43,549 nt of DNA from Armatimonadota bacterium (GTDB taxonomy: Bacteria; Armatimonadota; Zipacnadia; Zipacnadales; UBA5352), in NCBI GenBank assembly GCA_034722055.1, contig JAYENL010000082.1, positions 1 to 43,549 of the forward strand. The letters are read 5' to 3'. The first letter of the stretch is position 1. Each line of letters opens with the position of its first letter. The notes below the pieces were generated by a model that was given only the letters and a program-made list of their open reading frames with translations, had not been told where the DNA came from and made no database searches. Below are positions 1-8,465 of this stretch, piece after piece. A program made the position numbers and the translations under genes.

Positions 1-372
1 TTCGTGGCGGAGTTCCTCGGCGTCGAGAACGTGCTGCCGGCAGCGCCCAGCGGGGACGGTCAGATCGAGGTCGGCGGCCTGCGCGTCGTCTCCGCCGAAC
101 GGCGGCGGCCGCCGGGAATGTGCGTGACCGTCCGGCCTCAGGACGTCGTGGTGGGCGAGGGCGCCCGCGGGCTGGACAACAGCTTCGAAGGCACCGTCAG
201 CGCAGTCTCAGATGAGGGCTTCTCGCTGCGCATCGTCGTCGAGGCCGATGGCGTCCAGCTCGTGGCTGAGGCCCCGTGGCGGACCCACGCTGCGGTCCCG
301 TCCCTCGGCGAGGTCGTCCCGGTGGGATTCTCGGCCGACAGCGTTCATGTCTTCGGAGAGGAGGAGCGATAG
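1..372 (+). CDS. ABC transporter ATP-binding subunit, C-terminal part with TOBE domain (ModC/WtpC/PotA-like), 5'-truncated by the window
   Basis: FVAEFLGVENVL, VTVRPQDVV, NSFEGTVSAV and terminal VGFSADSVHVF match the C-terminal regulatory region of ABC ATPases. Confidence 0.8.
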   Translation, partial: FVAEFLGVENVLPAAPSGDGQIEVGGLRVVSAERRRPPGMCVTVRPQDVVVGEGARGLDNSFEGTVSAVSDEGFSLRIVVEADGVQLVAEAPWRTHAAVPSLGEVVPVGFSADSVHVFGEEER

Positions 373-374
373 GC

Positions 375-1385
375 GTGGAGCTGTATATGCCGCTGTGGAA
401 GATCGTCAAGCGCCCGCTGATCCCTATCCGGGAGAGCTGGCAGGACGCCGTGCCGCTGGTGGGCCTGTTCGTGCTGCTGTCCCTGGCGGTGTGGGGCGCA
501 TTGCGGCTGCGGGGCCGTGCTCAGCAGCGGCTCCGCCGCGGCGTGCAGGTGGCCTCAGCACTGCTCTTCATCATCTTCCTGCACCGCTGCCTGTGCGCGC
601 TACGCGGCTGGGTCTTCGGGCTGGAGCTGATGGGTCGCAATAACCTCATCGCCTTCGGACACATGGCCATCTTCGTGGAGATCATGGCCTTCACCATCGG
701 CTTCGGGCGCGTGTATTGCGGCTGGCTATGCCCGCTGGGGGCGGCCAACGAGGCGCTGGGCGGTGTCGTGAGACTCCGCGACGGCCTCAGCCGGCGGCGG
801 AGTCTGCTGGCGGGATACCTGCTGCTGGGCGGGCTGACCGTGCTGATCGTGTGGATGGCCTGGATGGTCCGACCGGACACCCGCTTCTTCTCTGAGAACA
901 TCGCCGCGGTGTGGGGCATCCTCCTGCTGGTGCTGCTGGTCTTCGCCCTCCCACGGGCCGAGGATGATCTGCGCATCAAGCGCATCAAGTACGCCTCGGC
1001 CATCGGCTGGATGGGGCTGTCAGTCATCGGCGTCTTCGTCACCAATCCCTGGTGCGTGCTGATGGGTGATGAGCTCGACTACTCCTCCCTCGTATCGATC
1101 ATGGCCGTCCTCGCCGGGGGCGCGGTGGTGACGATGGCCTGGTGCCGCTACCTTTGCCCGCTTGGCGCCGCGGTGGGACTGCTGGCGCTGCTCAGTCCCG
1201 TCAGGATCGTCAATGAGGCCCAGTGCACCGACTGCGGGCGCTGCCAGGGGCTCTGCCCCATGAACGCCATCGACCGCACGGAGATCGACCAGACAAGCTG
1301 CATCTACTGCGGCAAATGCCTCGGCGTGTGCGAGTACACGTGGGAGACGCGCCTGATCGGGGACGAGGAGGTGGCGGCAGGATGA
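375..1385 (+). CDS. Membrane 4Fe-4S binding protein (NapH/MauN/NosR-like)
   Basis: Several TM segments, two CxxxCP motifs (GRVYCGWLCPLG, WCRYLCPLG) and C-terminal ferredoxin motifs CTDCGRCQGLCP and CIYCGKCLGVC; GTG at 375 follows GAGGAG. Confidence 0.85.
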   Translation: MELYMPLWKIVKRPLIPIRESWQDAVPLVGLFVLLSLAVWGALRLRGRAQQRLRRGVQVASALLFIIFLHRCLCALRGWVFGLELMGRNNLIAFGHMAIFVEIMAFTIGFGRVYCGWLCPLGAANEALGGVVRLRDGLSRRRSLLAGYLLLGGLTVLIVWMAWMVRPDTRFFSENIAAVWGILLLVLLVFALPRAEDDLRIKRIKYASAIGWMGLSVIGVFVTNPWCVLMGDELDYSSLVSIMAVLAGGAVVTMAWCRYLCPLGAAVGLLALLSPVRIVNEAQCTDCGRCQGLCPMNAIDRTEIDQTSCIYCGKCLGVCEYTWETRLIGDEEVAAG

Positions 1386-2887
1386 GGCGGGCAGCGGCGG
1401 TCGCCGTGGCGCTCGCGCTGGCCGCCAGCGGTCTCGTCGCGGATGATGGCGGGCAGTGGCCCACGTTCCACTACGATGCCGCGCGCCGGGGCCATCCCCC
1501 CGTGAGGTTCAAGACCTGCGCCTTCGATGAGGCCTGGCGGTTCGATCTCGGCGGGCACACCTGGCGCTACGAGAAGGGCACCTCTGTGTGGTCGGCCTCG
1601 CCGGCCATCGCCCAGGTCGGCGGCAGGACGCTGCTGTTCATCGGGGCCTACGATCACAACCTCTACGCCCTTGACGCGGCCACCGGCGAGGAGGTGTGGC
1701 GCCTCACCACCGGCGGCCGGCTCAACGCCCCGCCCGCGGTGGCGAGGGTCGGCGAGCGGACTCTGGTCTTCATCGGCAGCGGCGATCGCACGTTCTACGC
1801 CGCCGATGCTGCCACGGGCGAGAAGCTGTGGTCGCACGAGACGCTGCCGTGGTCCTACACCACCGGCGTGAGCGCACCCACGGCGCCGGTGGTCGTGGAC
1901 ATCGGCGGACGCACGCTGGTGGCTGTCGGCTTCTGGAACACCGATCGGCGGGCGCTTCGCACCATCCAGCGCTCGGACGTGTTCGCCTTCGACGCCGCCA
2001 CCGGCGAGGTGGTGTGGCGCCGCAAGCTCGCCGACACTCCCATCACCTCGCCCGCCATGATGCCGGTCGATGGCCGGCCACTGCTGTTTATCGGCGCCGA
2101 GGACGGTCGCCTCATGGCGCTGCGAGCGACGGATGGGGCGCTGCAGTGGACCTTCACCAGCGATCACGCCATCACGGCCGCCCCCATGGCGGCTGCGTTG
2201 AAGGGCCAGCCCGCGGTGTTCGTCGGCAACCGCTGGGGGATGCTCAACTGCGTGAGCGCTAAGACGGGCGCCCTGCTCTGGTCCTCGAAGACGGGGCATG
2301 AGATCAAGTCCACGGCGGCCATTGCGCCGGTTGAGGGGCGCATGAAGCTCTACGTGGGCTCCATGGACCGCTACCTGCACTGCATCGACGCCTCCACCAG
2401 CCGCTCGCTGTGGCGCTTCCAGACTGGCAAGTTCGTGGTCTCCAGCCCGGTCGTGTGCGAGGTCGCTGGCAAGCCAGCGGTGATCTTCAGCTCGCTCGAC
2501 AACCGCCTCTACATGCGCGACGCCCTCAGCGGGCAGAAGATCTGGCAGTTCGAGACCGGGGACATGCTCTGGCCGTATGAGACCCGCGGCTCCAGCCTGT
2601 GGTCCTCACCAGCGGTGGCCGAGGTGGATGGCGAGCCGCAGATCTTCTTCGGCAGCTACGACGGCAACCTCTACTGCTTCAAGGCGGTGCCGCGCTGCTT
2701 CGCGGAGGGCCAGGACCTGGGCCCCCGCCCCGGCGCGACGCCGGCCCGGGAGGAGGGCTCTCGCAGCCGCCCGCTGGTCTTCCTCCCGCCCATCCTGGGC
2801 CTGGGCATGATCGTCGCTGGCTTCGCGGTCATGCTGACCTCACGTGGTAGGTCCAGCGATGCGGGCGCCGGCGACGACCGGTGCTGA
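1382..2887 (+). CDS. Secreted PQQ-like (BamB-type) beta-propeller repeat protein with C-terminal membrane anchor
   Basis: Signal peptide, WPTFHYD..R.G start motif, repeated LYALDAATGE..W blades, C-terminal hydrophobic helix; ATGA overlap with the upstream stop. Confidence 0.85.
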   Translation: MRRAAAVAVALALAASGLVADDGGQWPTFHYDAARRGHPPVRFKTCAFDEAWRFDLGGHTWRYEKGTSVWSASPAIAQVGGRTLLFIGAYDHNLYALDAATGEEVWRLTTGGRLNAPPAVARVGERTLVFIGSGDRTFYAADAATGEKLWSHETLPWSYTTGVSAPTAPVVVDIGGRTLVAVGFWNTDRRALRTIQRSDVFAFDAATGEVVWRRKLADTPITSPAMMPVDGRPLLFIGAEDGRLMALRATDGALQWTFTSDHAITAAPMAAALKGQPAVFVGNRWGMLNCVSAKTGALLWSSKTGHEIKSTAAIAPVEGRMKLYVGSMDRYLHCIDASTSRSLWRFQTGKFVVSSPVVCEVAGKPAVIFSSLDNRLYMRDALSGQKIWQFETGDMLWPYETRGSSLWSSPAVAEVDGEPQIFFGSYDGNLYCFKAVPRCFAEGQDLGPRPGATPAREEGSRSRPLVFLPPILGLGMIVAGFAVMLTSRGRSSDAGAGDDRC

Positions 2888-3072
2888 CGTGCCCAATTCC
2901 GCGTATGTTGACGATGAGCACACTCGGGACTTGGTTGCGTTGGAGATGAGGGGCTACCCGGTGGAGGGACAGAAGGTTCCACCTGAGGATGACCGCTATG
3001 TCGCCATCATCAGACTGGAGGGAGGGGGCCTGTTCATATAGGAGAGGCGAGCGGCCGAGAGGAGGGCTGACG

Positions 3073-5238
3073 ATGGCACGGTTGCGAGGTCGTCATCGCA
3101 ACTCCGACGGCGACGTCAGCGACGATCTGCTTCCGCTGGCCGAGCATATCGCACAGCATCTGCACGCCGGGCGGGTGCCCTGGGAGGAGCTGTCCCAAAC
3201 CGAGAAGGAGCGCGCCCGCCTGACGGCGCGCGAGACGCTGCAGGCCATCCTGGCCCTCGGCTACCGCATCGAGCCTCAGCCCGCCGAGGAGACCGCCCAC
3301 ACCGAGCCCACGAGGCCGCCCGGCCTTCCCCGCGAGCGCGATGACCTGGACCTCGAGGACGTGTCGCACCTGTGGCGCGTGGCAGGGGCGGATCCGCGGG
3401 CCCGCACGCCCGAAACGCACCGCGACTTCGGCGAGTGGCTGCTGCGACTGGGGGCGCCGCTGATGGCCTACGACGTCATCGCCGAGGGCCTGGATCGCTG
3501 GCCGGAGGATGTGCGCCTGCGGCAGTTGCTGGGGCTGGCTCTGGCGCGCAGCGGTGCGACGGAGCGCGCCAACTCACTGCTGCGAGAGCTGCGCGATGAG
3601 GGCCACGCCGACGAGGAAACTCTCGGCATGCTGGCCCGCACGCACAAGGACCTCTGGCAGCAGGTCGCGGACGCGGCCACGCGTGAGCGCGAGCTGCGCC
3701 TGGCGCACGAGGGCTATGAGCAGGCTTACCGCAAGACCGGCGGCTACTGGACGGGCATCAACGCGGCCACGATGGCACTGGTGCGCGGGCTGCGAGACGA
3801 AGCGCGCGAGCTGGCGGAGGAGGTCCGGGACCTGTGCCAAGCGGAGCTCGAAGACGCCGAGTCCGAGGGCGGCGAGCACTACTGGCCGCTGGCGACGCTG
3901 GGCGAGGCGGCGCTGATCCTGGGCGACGAGGAGGAGGCCGCGCAGTGGTACGAGCAGGCGGCGGAGGCGGGCGCCGGCCAGCTCGGTGACCTGAGCTCGA
4001 CGCGGCGCAACGCGCGGCTGATCCTGGAGCACGTGGACTGCGACGCAGGGGCGATCGAGGGGTGCCTGCGCATCCCGAACGTGATCGTCTTCGCCGGGCA
4101 CATGATCGACCAGCCGGGGCGAGCGGAGCCGCGCTTCCCGCCCGACCTGGCGGATGAGGTCTACGCCCAGATCCTGGACCGGCTGGAGCGGCTCGAGTGC
4201 GGGGTCAGTTTCGGGTCCGCGGCGTGCGGCGCCGACATCCTGTTCTCGGAGGCCATGCTGGAGCGTAGCGGCGAGGTCCACATGGTGCTGCCCTACGGCC
4301 GGGAGCAATTCGTTGCCGACAGCGTGGACATCGCCGGCGGCGACTGGCGGGCGCGCTTCGACCGGGTGCTTGAGGAGGCGACGTCGGTGGTGACGGCCTC
4401 GTCCTCGAGGCTCACCAGCGGCAGCGTGTCCTACCACTACGCCGACCTGCTGGTCTACGGTCTGGCCGCCATGCGGGCGCGGGAGCTGCAGACCGACCTG
4501 GTGCCGATGGCCGTGTGGGATGGCAGGCCCGGCGACGGCCCCGGCGGCACCGAGAGCATCGTGCGGCGCTGGGAGGAGCTCGGCCACGAGGTGGAGGTCA
4601 TCGACCTCGCCGCGATCCTCCGTGCCGAGAGCCCGGCGGAGGGCGCCGCCGGCGGGCCAGGACCCACGCCATCCCTGCGCCCCGCACCAGTCCATCGCGT
4701 CATGGCCATCCTGTTCGCCGACCTGGATGACTTCCACCGGCTCACCGAGGCGCAGATCGACATCTTCGTGGAGGAGTTCCTCGGGGGCATCGCGCGGCTT
4801 GTCGATGAGACCGCGCCCGGGCTGGAGATGAGGAACACCTGGGGAGATGCGCTGTTCCTGGTGTTCTCGAGCGTCGCCGAGGCCGGCCGCTTCGCCCTCG
4901 AGCTTGATCGGTTCGTGAGCGAGACCGACTGGCAGGCGCATGGGCTTCCGGCCGAGCTGAAGCTGCGGACGGGCCTGCACGCGGGGCCGGTGCACCCATG
5001 CGTAGGGCCGATCACACACACTCCCGACTGCTTCGGCACGCACGTGACGCGGGCGGCACGGCTGGTGGAGATCACCCCGGCCGGCCAGATCTACGCCAGC
5101 CAGGCCTTCGCCGCGCTGGCCTCCGCCGAGGGCGTGACGGACTTCGCGTGTGACTACGTCGGGACGCAGGAGCTGCCGAATGAGGCCGGCACCTGCCCGA
5201 CGTATCACGTCCGGCCCGCGCAGGGCCGGATGCCGTAA
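3073..5238 (+). CDS. Multidomain protein: shortened RyR-like repeat, TPR (DUF4071/TPR-S-like), SLOG-like domain, class III nucleotidyl cyclase
   Basis: VPWEELSQTEKE..ARETLQAILALGYRI (RyR); ETLGMLARTHKDLW, YWTGINAAT, YWPLATLGEA (TPR); VFAGHMID, SAACGADILF, AVWDGRPGDGPGGT (SLOG); ILFADLDDF, NTWGDALF, RTGLHAGPV, FGTHVTRAARL (cyclase); GGAGGG before ATG 3073. Confidence 0.85.
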   Translation: MARLRGRHRNSDGDVSDDLLPLAEHIAQHLHAGRVPWEELSQTEKERARLTARETLQAILALGYRIEPQPAEETAHTEPTRPPGLPRERDDLDLEDVSHLWRVAGADPRARTPETHRDFGEWLLRLGAPLMAYDVIAEGLDRWPEDVRLRQLLGLALARSGATERANSLLRELRDEGHADEETLGMLARTHKDLWQQVADAATRERELRLAHEGYEQAYRKTGGYWTGINAATMALVRGLRDEARELAEEVRDLCQAELEDAESEGGEHYWPLATLGEAALILGDEEEAAQWYEQAAEAGAGQLGDLSSTRRNARLILEHVDCDAGAIEGCLRIPNVIVFAGHMIDQPGRAEPRFPPDLADEVYAQILDRLERLECGVSFGSAACGADILFSEAMLERSGEVHMVLPYGREQFVADSVDIAGGDWRARFDRVLEEATSVVTASSSRLTSGSVSYHYADLLVYGLAAMRARELQTDLVPMAVWDGRPGDGPGGTESIVRRWEELGHEVEVIDLAAILRAESPAEGAAGGPGPTPSLRPAPVHRVMAILFADLDDFHRLTEAQIDIFVEEFLGGIARLVDETAPGLEMRNTWGDALFLVFSSVAEAGRFALELDRFVSETDWQAHGLPAELKLRTGLHAGPVHPCVGPITHTPDCFGTHVTRAARLVEITPAGQIYASQAFAALASAEGVTDFACDYVGTQELPNEAGTCPTYHVRPAQGRMP

Positions 5239-5489
5239 TGCGGAAGAAGCACGCACTGGACCGGCCTCGATGAGCGGCGTCGGCGGGGACCGTCACGGGC
5301 CCGGTCTTCACCTGAACGGCGTGCAGGCAGGGGCGCATCCATACTGAAGACGTGGGCGGGGACGGAACCTCACCGCCGCCTGCAGAGAGAGCGGCGCTTA
5401 CCGCTCGTTATGCTCGCGGCGGGGCCGCCATGGCGGCAGCAGGCGCGTTGGCATGGCGCGGACAACACCCGAACTCTCGCCACTACTGC

Positions 5490-7238
5490 TTACTGCTCCT
5501 CGTTCTCGCCGTGCCGGGCGCTGGGAGCAAGGCGAACTTCGAACGGGCCGCCAAGACCGGCGGCCAGGTGCCCGATTGCCTCAATGAGTTCGCTGCGTGT
5601 CTCGCGGACGTCGCTGGTCCGTGGCAGGGCCTCAACGATGTCGCGCGCGCTTGCGAGCACCTCATGACTGCCCTGCACGGAGGCGCGGATCTCCTGCAGA
5701 GTCGCAAGCATCGCCTGGTCCTGCTCGCGCCGCTGCACCTCCGCCCGCCGAGCGTCCTCGCGCGCGGCGGCGATGGCGTCGAGGCTCTCTCTCATGTCCG
5801 CCAGTGCGCCGGGCGATTCGCTCAGTGCGTCATACAGAGCGCCCAGCCGCTCGCCGATCCCGTTGAGCGCCGCCAGAGTCTGGTCGTGCTGCTTCTGAGA
5901 GGCCATCTGAGCTCTCTGCAGTGTGTTGAGGCTGTCGTCTATGCCCCCGAGCGCCGCAACCTGCTCCGATAGCGCGCTGCTGTGCTTCCGGAGCGCCTCC
6001 TCGACGTTCTGCATGATCTCCGCTGCTTCGCCGATGGCTGCGGTGGTCTCCTCCACGCCGCTCACGTCCGGACCCCACGGCCGCGCGGGCTCCGCTTCCT
6101 CGCGGCTAAGCGCCGGCAGCACCAAGTCGGCGATCTGCTTGTGCACCTGGCCCAGCAGGTCATCCTCGAAGCGCTGAACGTAGGTGGTCGGTATCATCAG
6201 CAGCAACGCGACGACGAGGCCCACCAGCGTGGTGTTGAAGGCATAGGCCAGTCCGCCGGTCACCGTCACGAGGCCCTGTTGGACCTGCGCCATCTGCATG
6301 GTGCCACCGGTTCCTCCGATCATGGTGGAGAACTCGCCGATGGAGAGGCTGATGCCCAGGACGGTTCCGATGAAGCCGATAATCGGCGCCGCCCATATGA
6401 AGACACGCACGATGTTGAGGCTGCCCTCCAGTGTGTCCCCGTCGATGTATCCCTCGTCGAGCACGCTCTGGCGTACCTGAGAGATATCCCGACCGCGATC
6501 CCACTCCTCGAGCGCGGTCCGGGCCCGCCCCAGGAACACACCCAAGTGCTCGTCCGGTATGCCGTGCAGGGCCCTCAGCGCGGCCCTGGTGCTCCTGTCA
6601 TGCCCGGAACGGATCATACGCAGGATGCTCTTCGTCAGCTCGCTGTCCATCATCTGGCGCTCGCGACGCCCCAGCCACACCCGCAGCCCCAGCCAGCAGC
6701 CTCCCCACAGCAGCAGCAAGAGGATCAGCCACGGGATCGTCGCCATGGCTCCAGCAGGGAAGAGGACCGCATGCAGCCATGCGTCCTGAGGGACCAAGCC
6801 GCGCAGAAGGACATTGAGTATCAGCATCAGGACCAGGGCTGCGGCTCCGCTGCCAAGGAAGGTCCGCGTGACCTGTCCAACGAGCAGACCCACGCCGAAC
6901 GGGGGAGTGAGCTCCCGCTGCTGTTCCAGGTCCTCACCGCAGATGGGACAGACGCTGTCATCGCCGCGGGCTACCACATTCCCGCAGCTCTGGCATACCA
7001 CAAGGTCCTCTCGGGGCTCGACCGGCGGGGGTGGTGGGGGAGGCAGATCGTCAGGGCGGTCCGCCTCCGGCGCCGCCCCCTGCCTCACGGGGATTGACTC
7101 CGAGGGCCCCGGAGTGCCTGCACTCGCGTCGCCGGACCCCGCCGCGTCCCCATCGAACTGAAGTGGTTCGCCACACTCGTGGCAGTACCGCCCGGCGGGT
7201 TCCCTCAGTGGGGCATTGCAGTGCGGACATCGTTGCAT
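5490..7238 (-). CDS. MotA/TolQ/ExbB-family ion-channel protein with N-terminal zinc ribbons and a long C-terminal helical tail
   Basis: APIIGFIGTVLGI and GLAYAFNTTLVGL channel motifs; CPHC..CHECG and CQSCG..CPICG; about 220 aa heptad-rich tail; GGAGGG before ATG 7238. Confidence 0.85.
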   Translation of the reverse strand: MQRCPHCNAPLREPAGRYCHECGEPLQFDGDAAGSGDASAGTPGPSESIPVRQGAAPEADRPDDLPPPPPPPVEPREDLVVCQSCGNVVARGDDSVCPICGEDLEQQRELTPPFGVGLLVGQVTRTFLGSGAAALVLMLILNVLLRGLVPQDAWLHAVLFPAGAMATIPWLILLLLLWGGCWLGLRVWLGRRERQMMDSELTKSILRMIRSGHDRSTRAALRALHGIPDEHLGVFLGRARTALEEWDRGRDISQVRQSVLDEGYIDGDTLEGSLNIVRVFIWAAPIIGFIGTVLGISLSIGEFSTMIGGTGGTMQMAQVQQGLVTVTGGLAYAFNTTLVGLVVALLLMIPTTYVQRFEDDLLGQVHKQIADLVLPALSREEAEPARPWGPDVSGVEETTAAIGEAAEIMQNVEEALRKHSSALSEQVAALGGIDDSLNTLQRAQMASQKQHDQTLAALNGIGERLGALYDALSESPGALADMRESLDAIAAAREDARRAEVQRREQDQAMLATLQEIRASVQGSHEVLASARDIVEALPRTSDVRETRSELIEAIGHLAAGLGGPFEVRLAPSARHGENEEQ

Positions 7239-7289
7239 GGTTCTACCCTCCACATCGAACGGCAGTCCAAACTCGGGCGCGACCTTCGG

Positions 7290-7976
7290 TCAGGCTTCGG
7301 TGCCCAGGTCCAGTCCCGACCCGTCGCCCTCGCCGGTGAGGCGCTCGGAGAGCGGCCAGGTGGGAATGAATGGCTGCCAGCCCATCCCGAAGCCCCGCGC
7401 GTCCAGTACGTCAGCGGCCGCCAGGAAGACCTCGATGCTGCCGGGGTCCACGATGAAGCTGACGTAGTGCTCCTCCGGGTCAAGCTCGTCGAGCATCCGG
7501 TTCAGGTGGGAGTCCCGATCTGCGACCTCTGCCGGAAGATCCGCCCCCCCGCCGGGCGCAGGCCTGATGTGGACGCCCACGTCCAGTGAGCGCTGGCTCT
7601 GGAAGAGAAGGTCGGTCTGAAGGTAGCCGGCAAAGCCCTCCACGACGACGTAGCCGTCGGAGAGCGTCTTCCCGTCCCAGCGGTCGATGAACGAGGGCAC
7701 GCTGTGGTAGGTGGTGGGCGGGGGCACCTGCTCGACCAGGTCTTCAACCAGAGGCTGAAGCCGGAAGGGCCGCACTGTGTTGCCCTCGCAGAGGGCGTAG
7801 ATCCGCTCCTTGCCCGACTCGTGGAGCTTGGGGAGCCGTCGCTTGGCGACGATATCACCGCTGGCGAGCACGCCCTGGAGCATCATCAGCAGGACGATGC
7901 CCACCGAGCAGGTCACAATGTCGGCGAGCGAGTTGACGTCAACGCCTTGGCGAGTGCGGCTCCTGCGCCGTCGCAT
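7290..7976 (-). CDS. ExbD/TolR-like single-TM partner subunit
   Basis: Arg-rich N-terminus, then NSLADIVTCSVGIVLLMM with an Asp at the start of the TM; adjacent to the MotA-like gene; 1-nt overlap with the upstream gene. Confidence 0.65.
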   Translation of the reverse strand: MRRRRSRTRQGVDVNSLADIVTCSVGIVLLMMLQGVLASGDIVAKRRLPKLHESGKERIYALCEGNTVRPFRLQPLVEDLVEQVPPPTTYHSVPSFIDRWDGKTLSDGYVVVEGFAGYLQTDLLFQSQRSLDVGVHIRPAPGGGADLPAEVADRDSHLNRMLDELDPEEHYVSFIVDPGSIEVFLAAADVLDARGFGMGWQPFIPTWPLSERLTGEGDGSGLDLGTEA

Positions 7977-8443
7977 CAGGCCTCAGCCTCCTCATAGCGC
8001 AGACTGACGTGCTTGTCCTGCGCCACCGGCCAGTGGCCCAGGTCGATGTTGTGAGCATTGATCAGCTCTGCCAGCTCGCGGTAGTTCGCGAAGCCCGAGG
8101 GGCGAATCGCGACGAGGATGTAGAGCTGACCATCGCTTTGCTCCACCGTGTCGAGAAGCTCGCCGAACGCCGTGTCGTTGTCGCCCTCCAGCTCCTTCGC
8201 CGCGCTCCACGGCACCGGGGTCTGCCCCTCCTGACTGTCGATCACGACCTGAGAGCCGTCCCAGACCACCAGGCGCGCCTCGCTTCTCATCTCACCGGCT
8301 ATCTGCCACTGCTCCGGGACGTTCGTCATGCGCCCACAGATGAGGGATATGGCGATCATCATCAGCACGCCCAGTGCACATGACAGCCCATCGAGGAACG
8401 GGAAGAGGTCCATCTCAGCACGCCACTTCGGCCGCCGACGCAT
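7976..8443 (-). CDS. Second ExbD/TolR-like single-TM subunit
   Basis: MRRRPK..MDLFPFLDGLSCALGVLMMI resembles the ExbD N-terminal PxxD motif; C-terminal YILVAIRPSGF resembles YVSFIVDPGSI of the neighbouring gene. Confidence 0.65.
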   Translation of the reverse strand: MRRRPKWRAEMDLFPFLDGLSCALGVLMMIAISLICGRMTNVPEQWQIAGEMRSEARLVVWDGSQVVIDSQEGQTPVPWSAAKELEGDNDTAFGELLDTVEQSDGQLYILVAIRPSGFANYRELAELINAHNIDLGHWPVAQDKHVSLRYEEAEA

Positions 8444-8465
8444 CGCCGCCCGCCTCCTTGCCCGG

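Noticed and set aside
2889..3041. Small 50-codon ORF at the left island edge
   Set aside because: No RBS or recognisable motif; may be a remnant but cannot be supported
3073..5238. Canonical Pycsar or Thoeris assignment
   Set aside because: Domain architecture and neighbours do not match; no cNMP-binding effector, and no SIR2 or Macro ThsA
5490..8443. Canonical Zorya (zorAB)
   Set aside because: The partners lack an OmpA-like domain, there are two of them upstream of the MotA-like gene, and no zorC/D/E-like genes are seen
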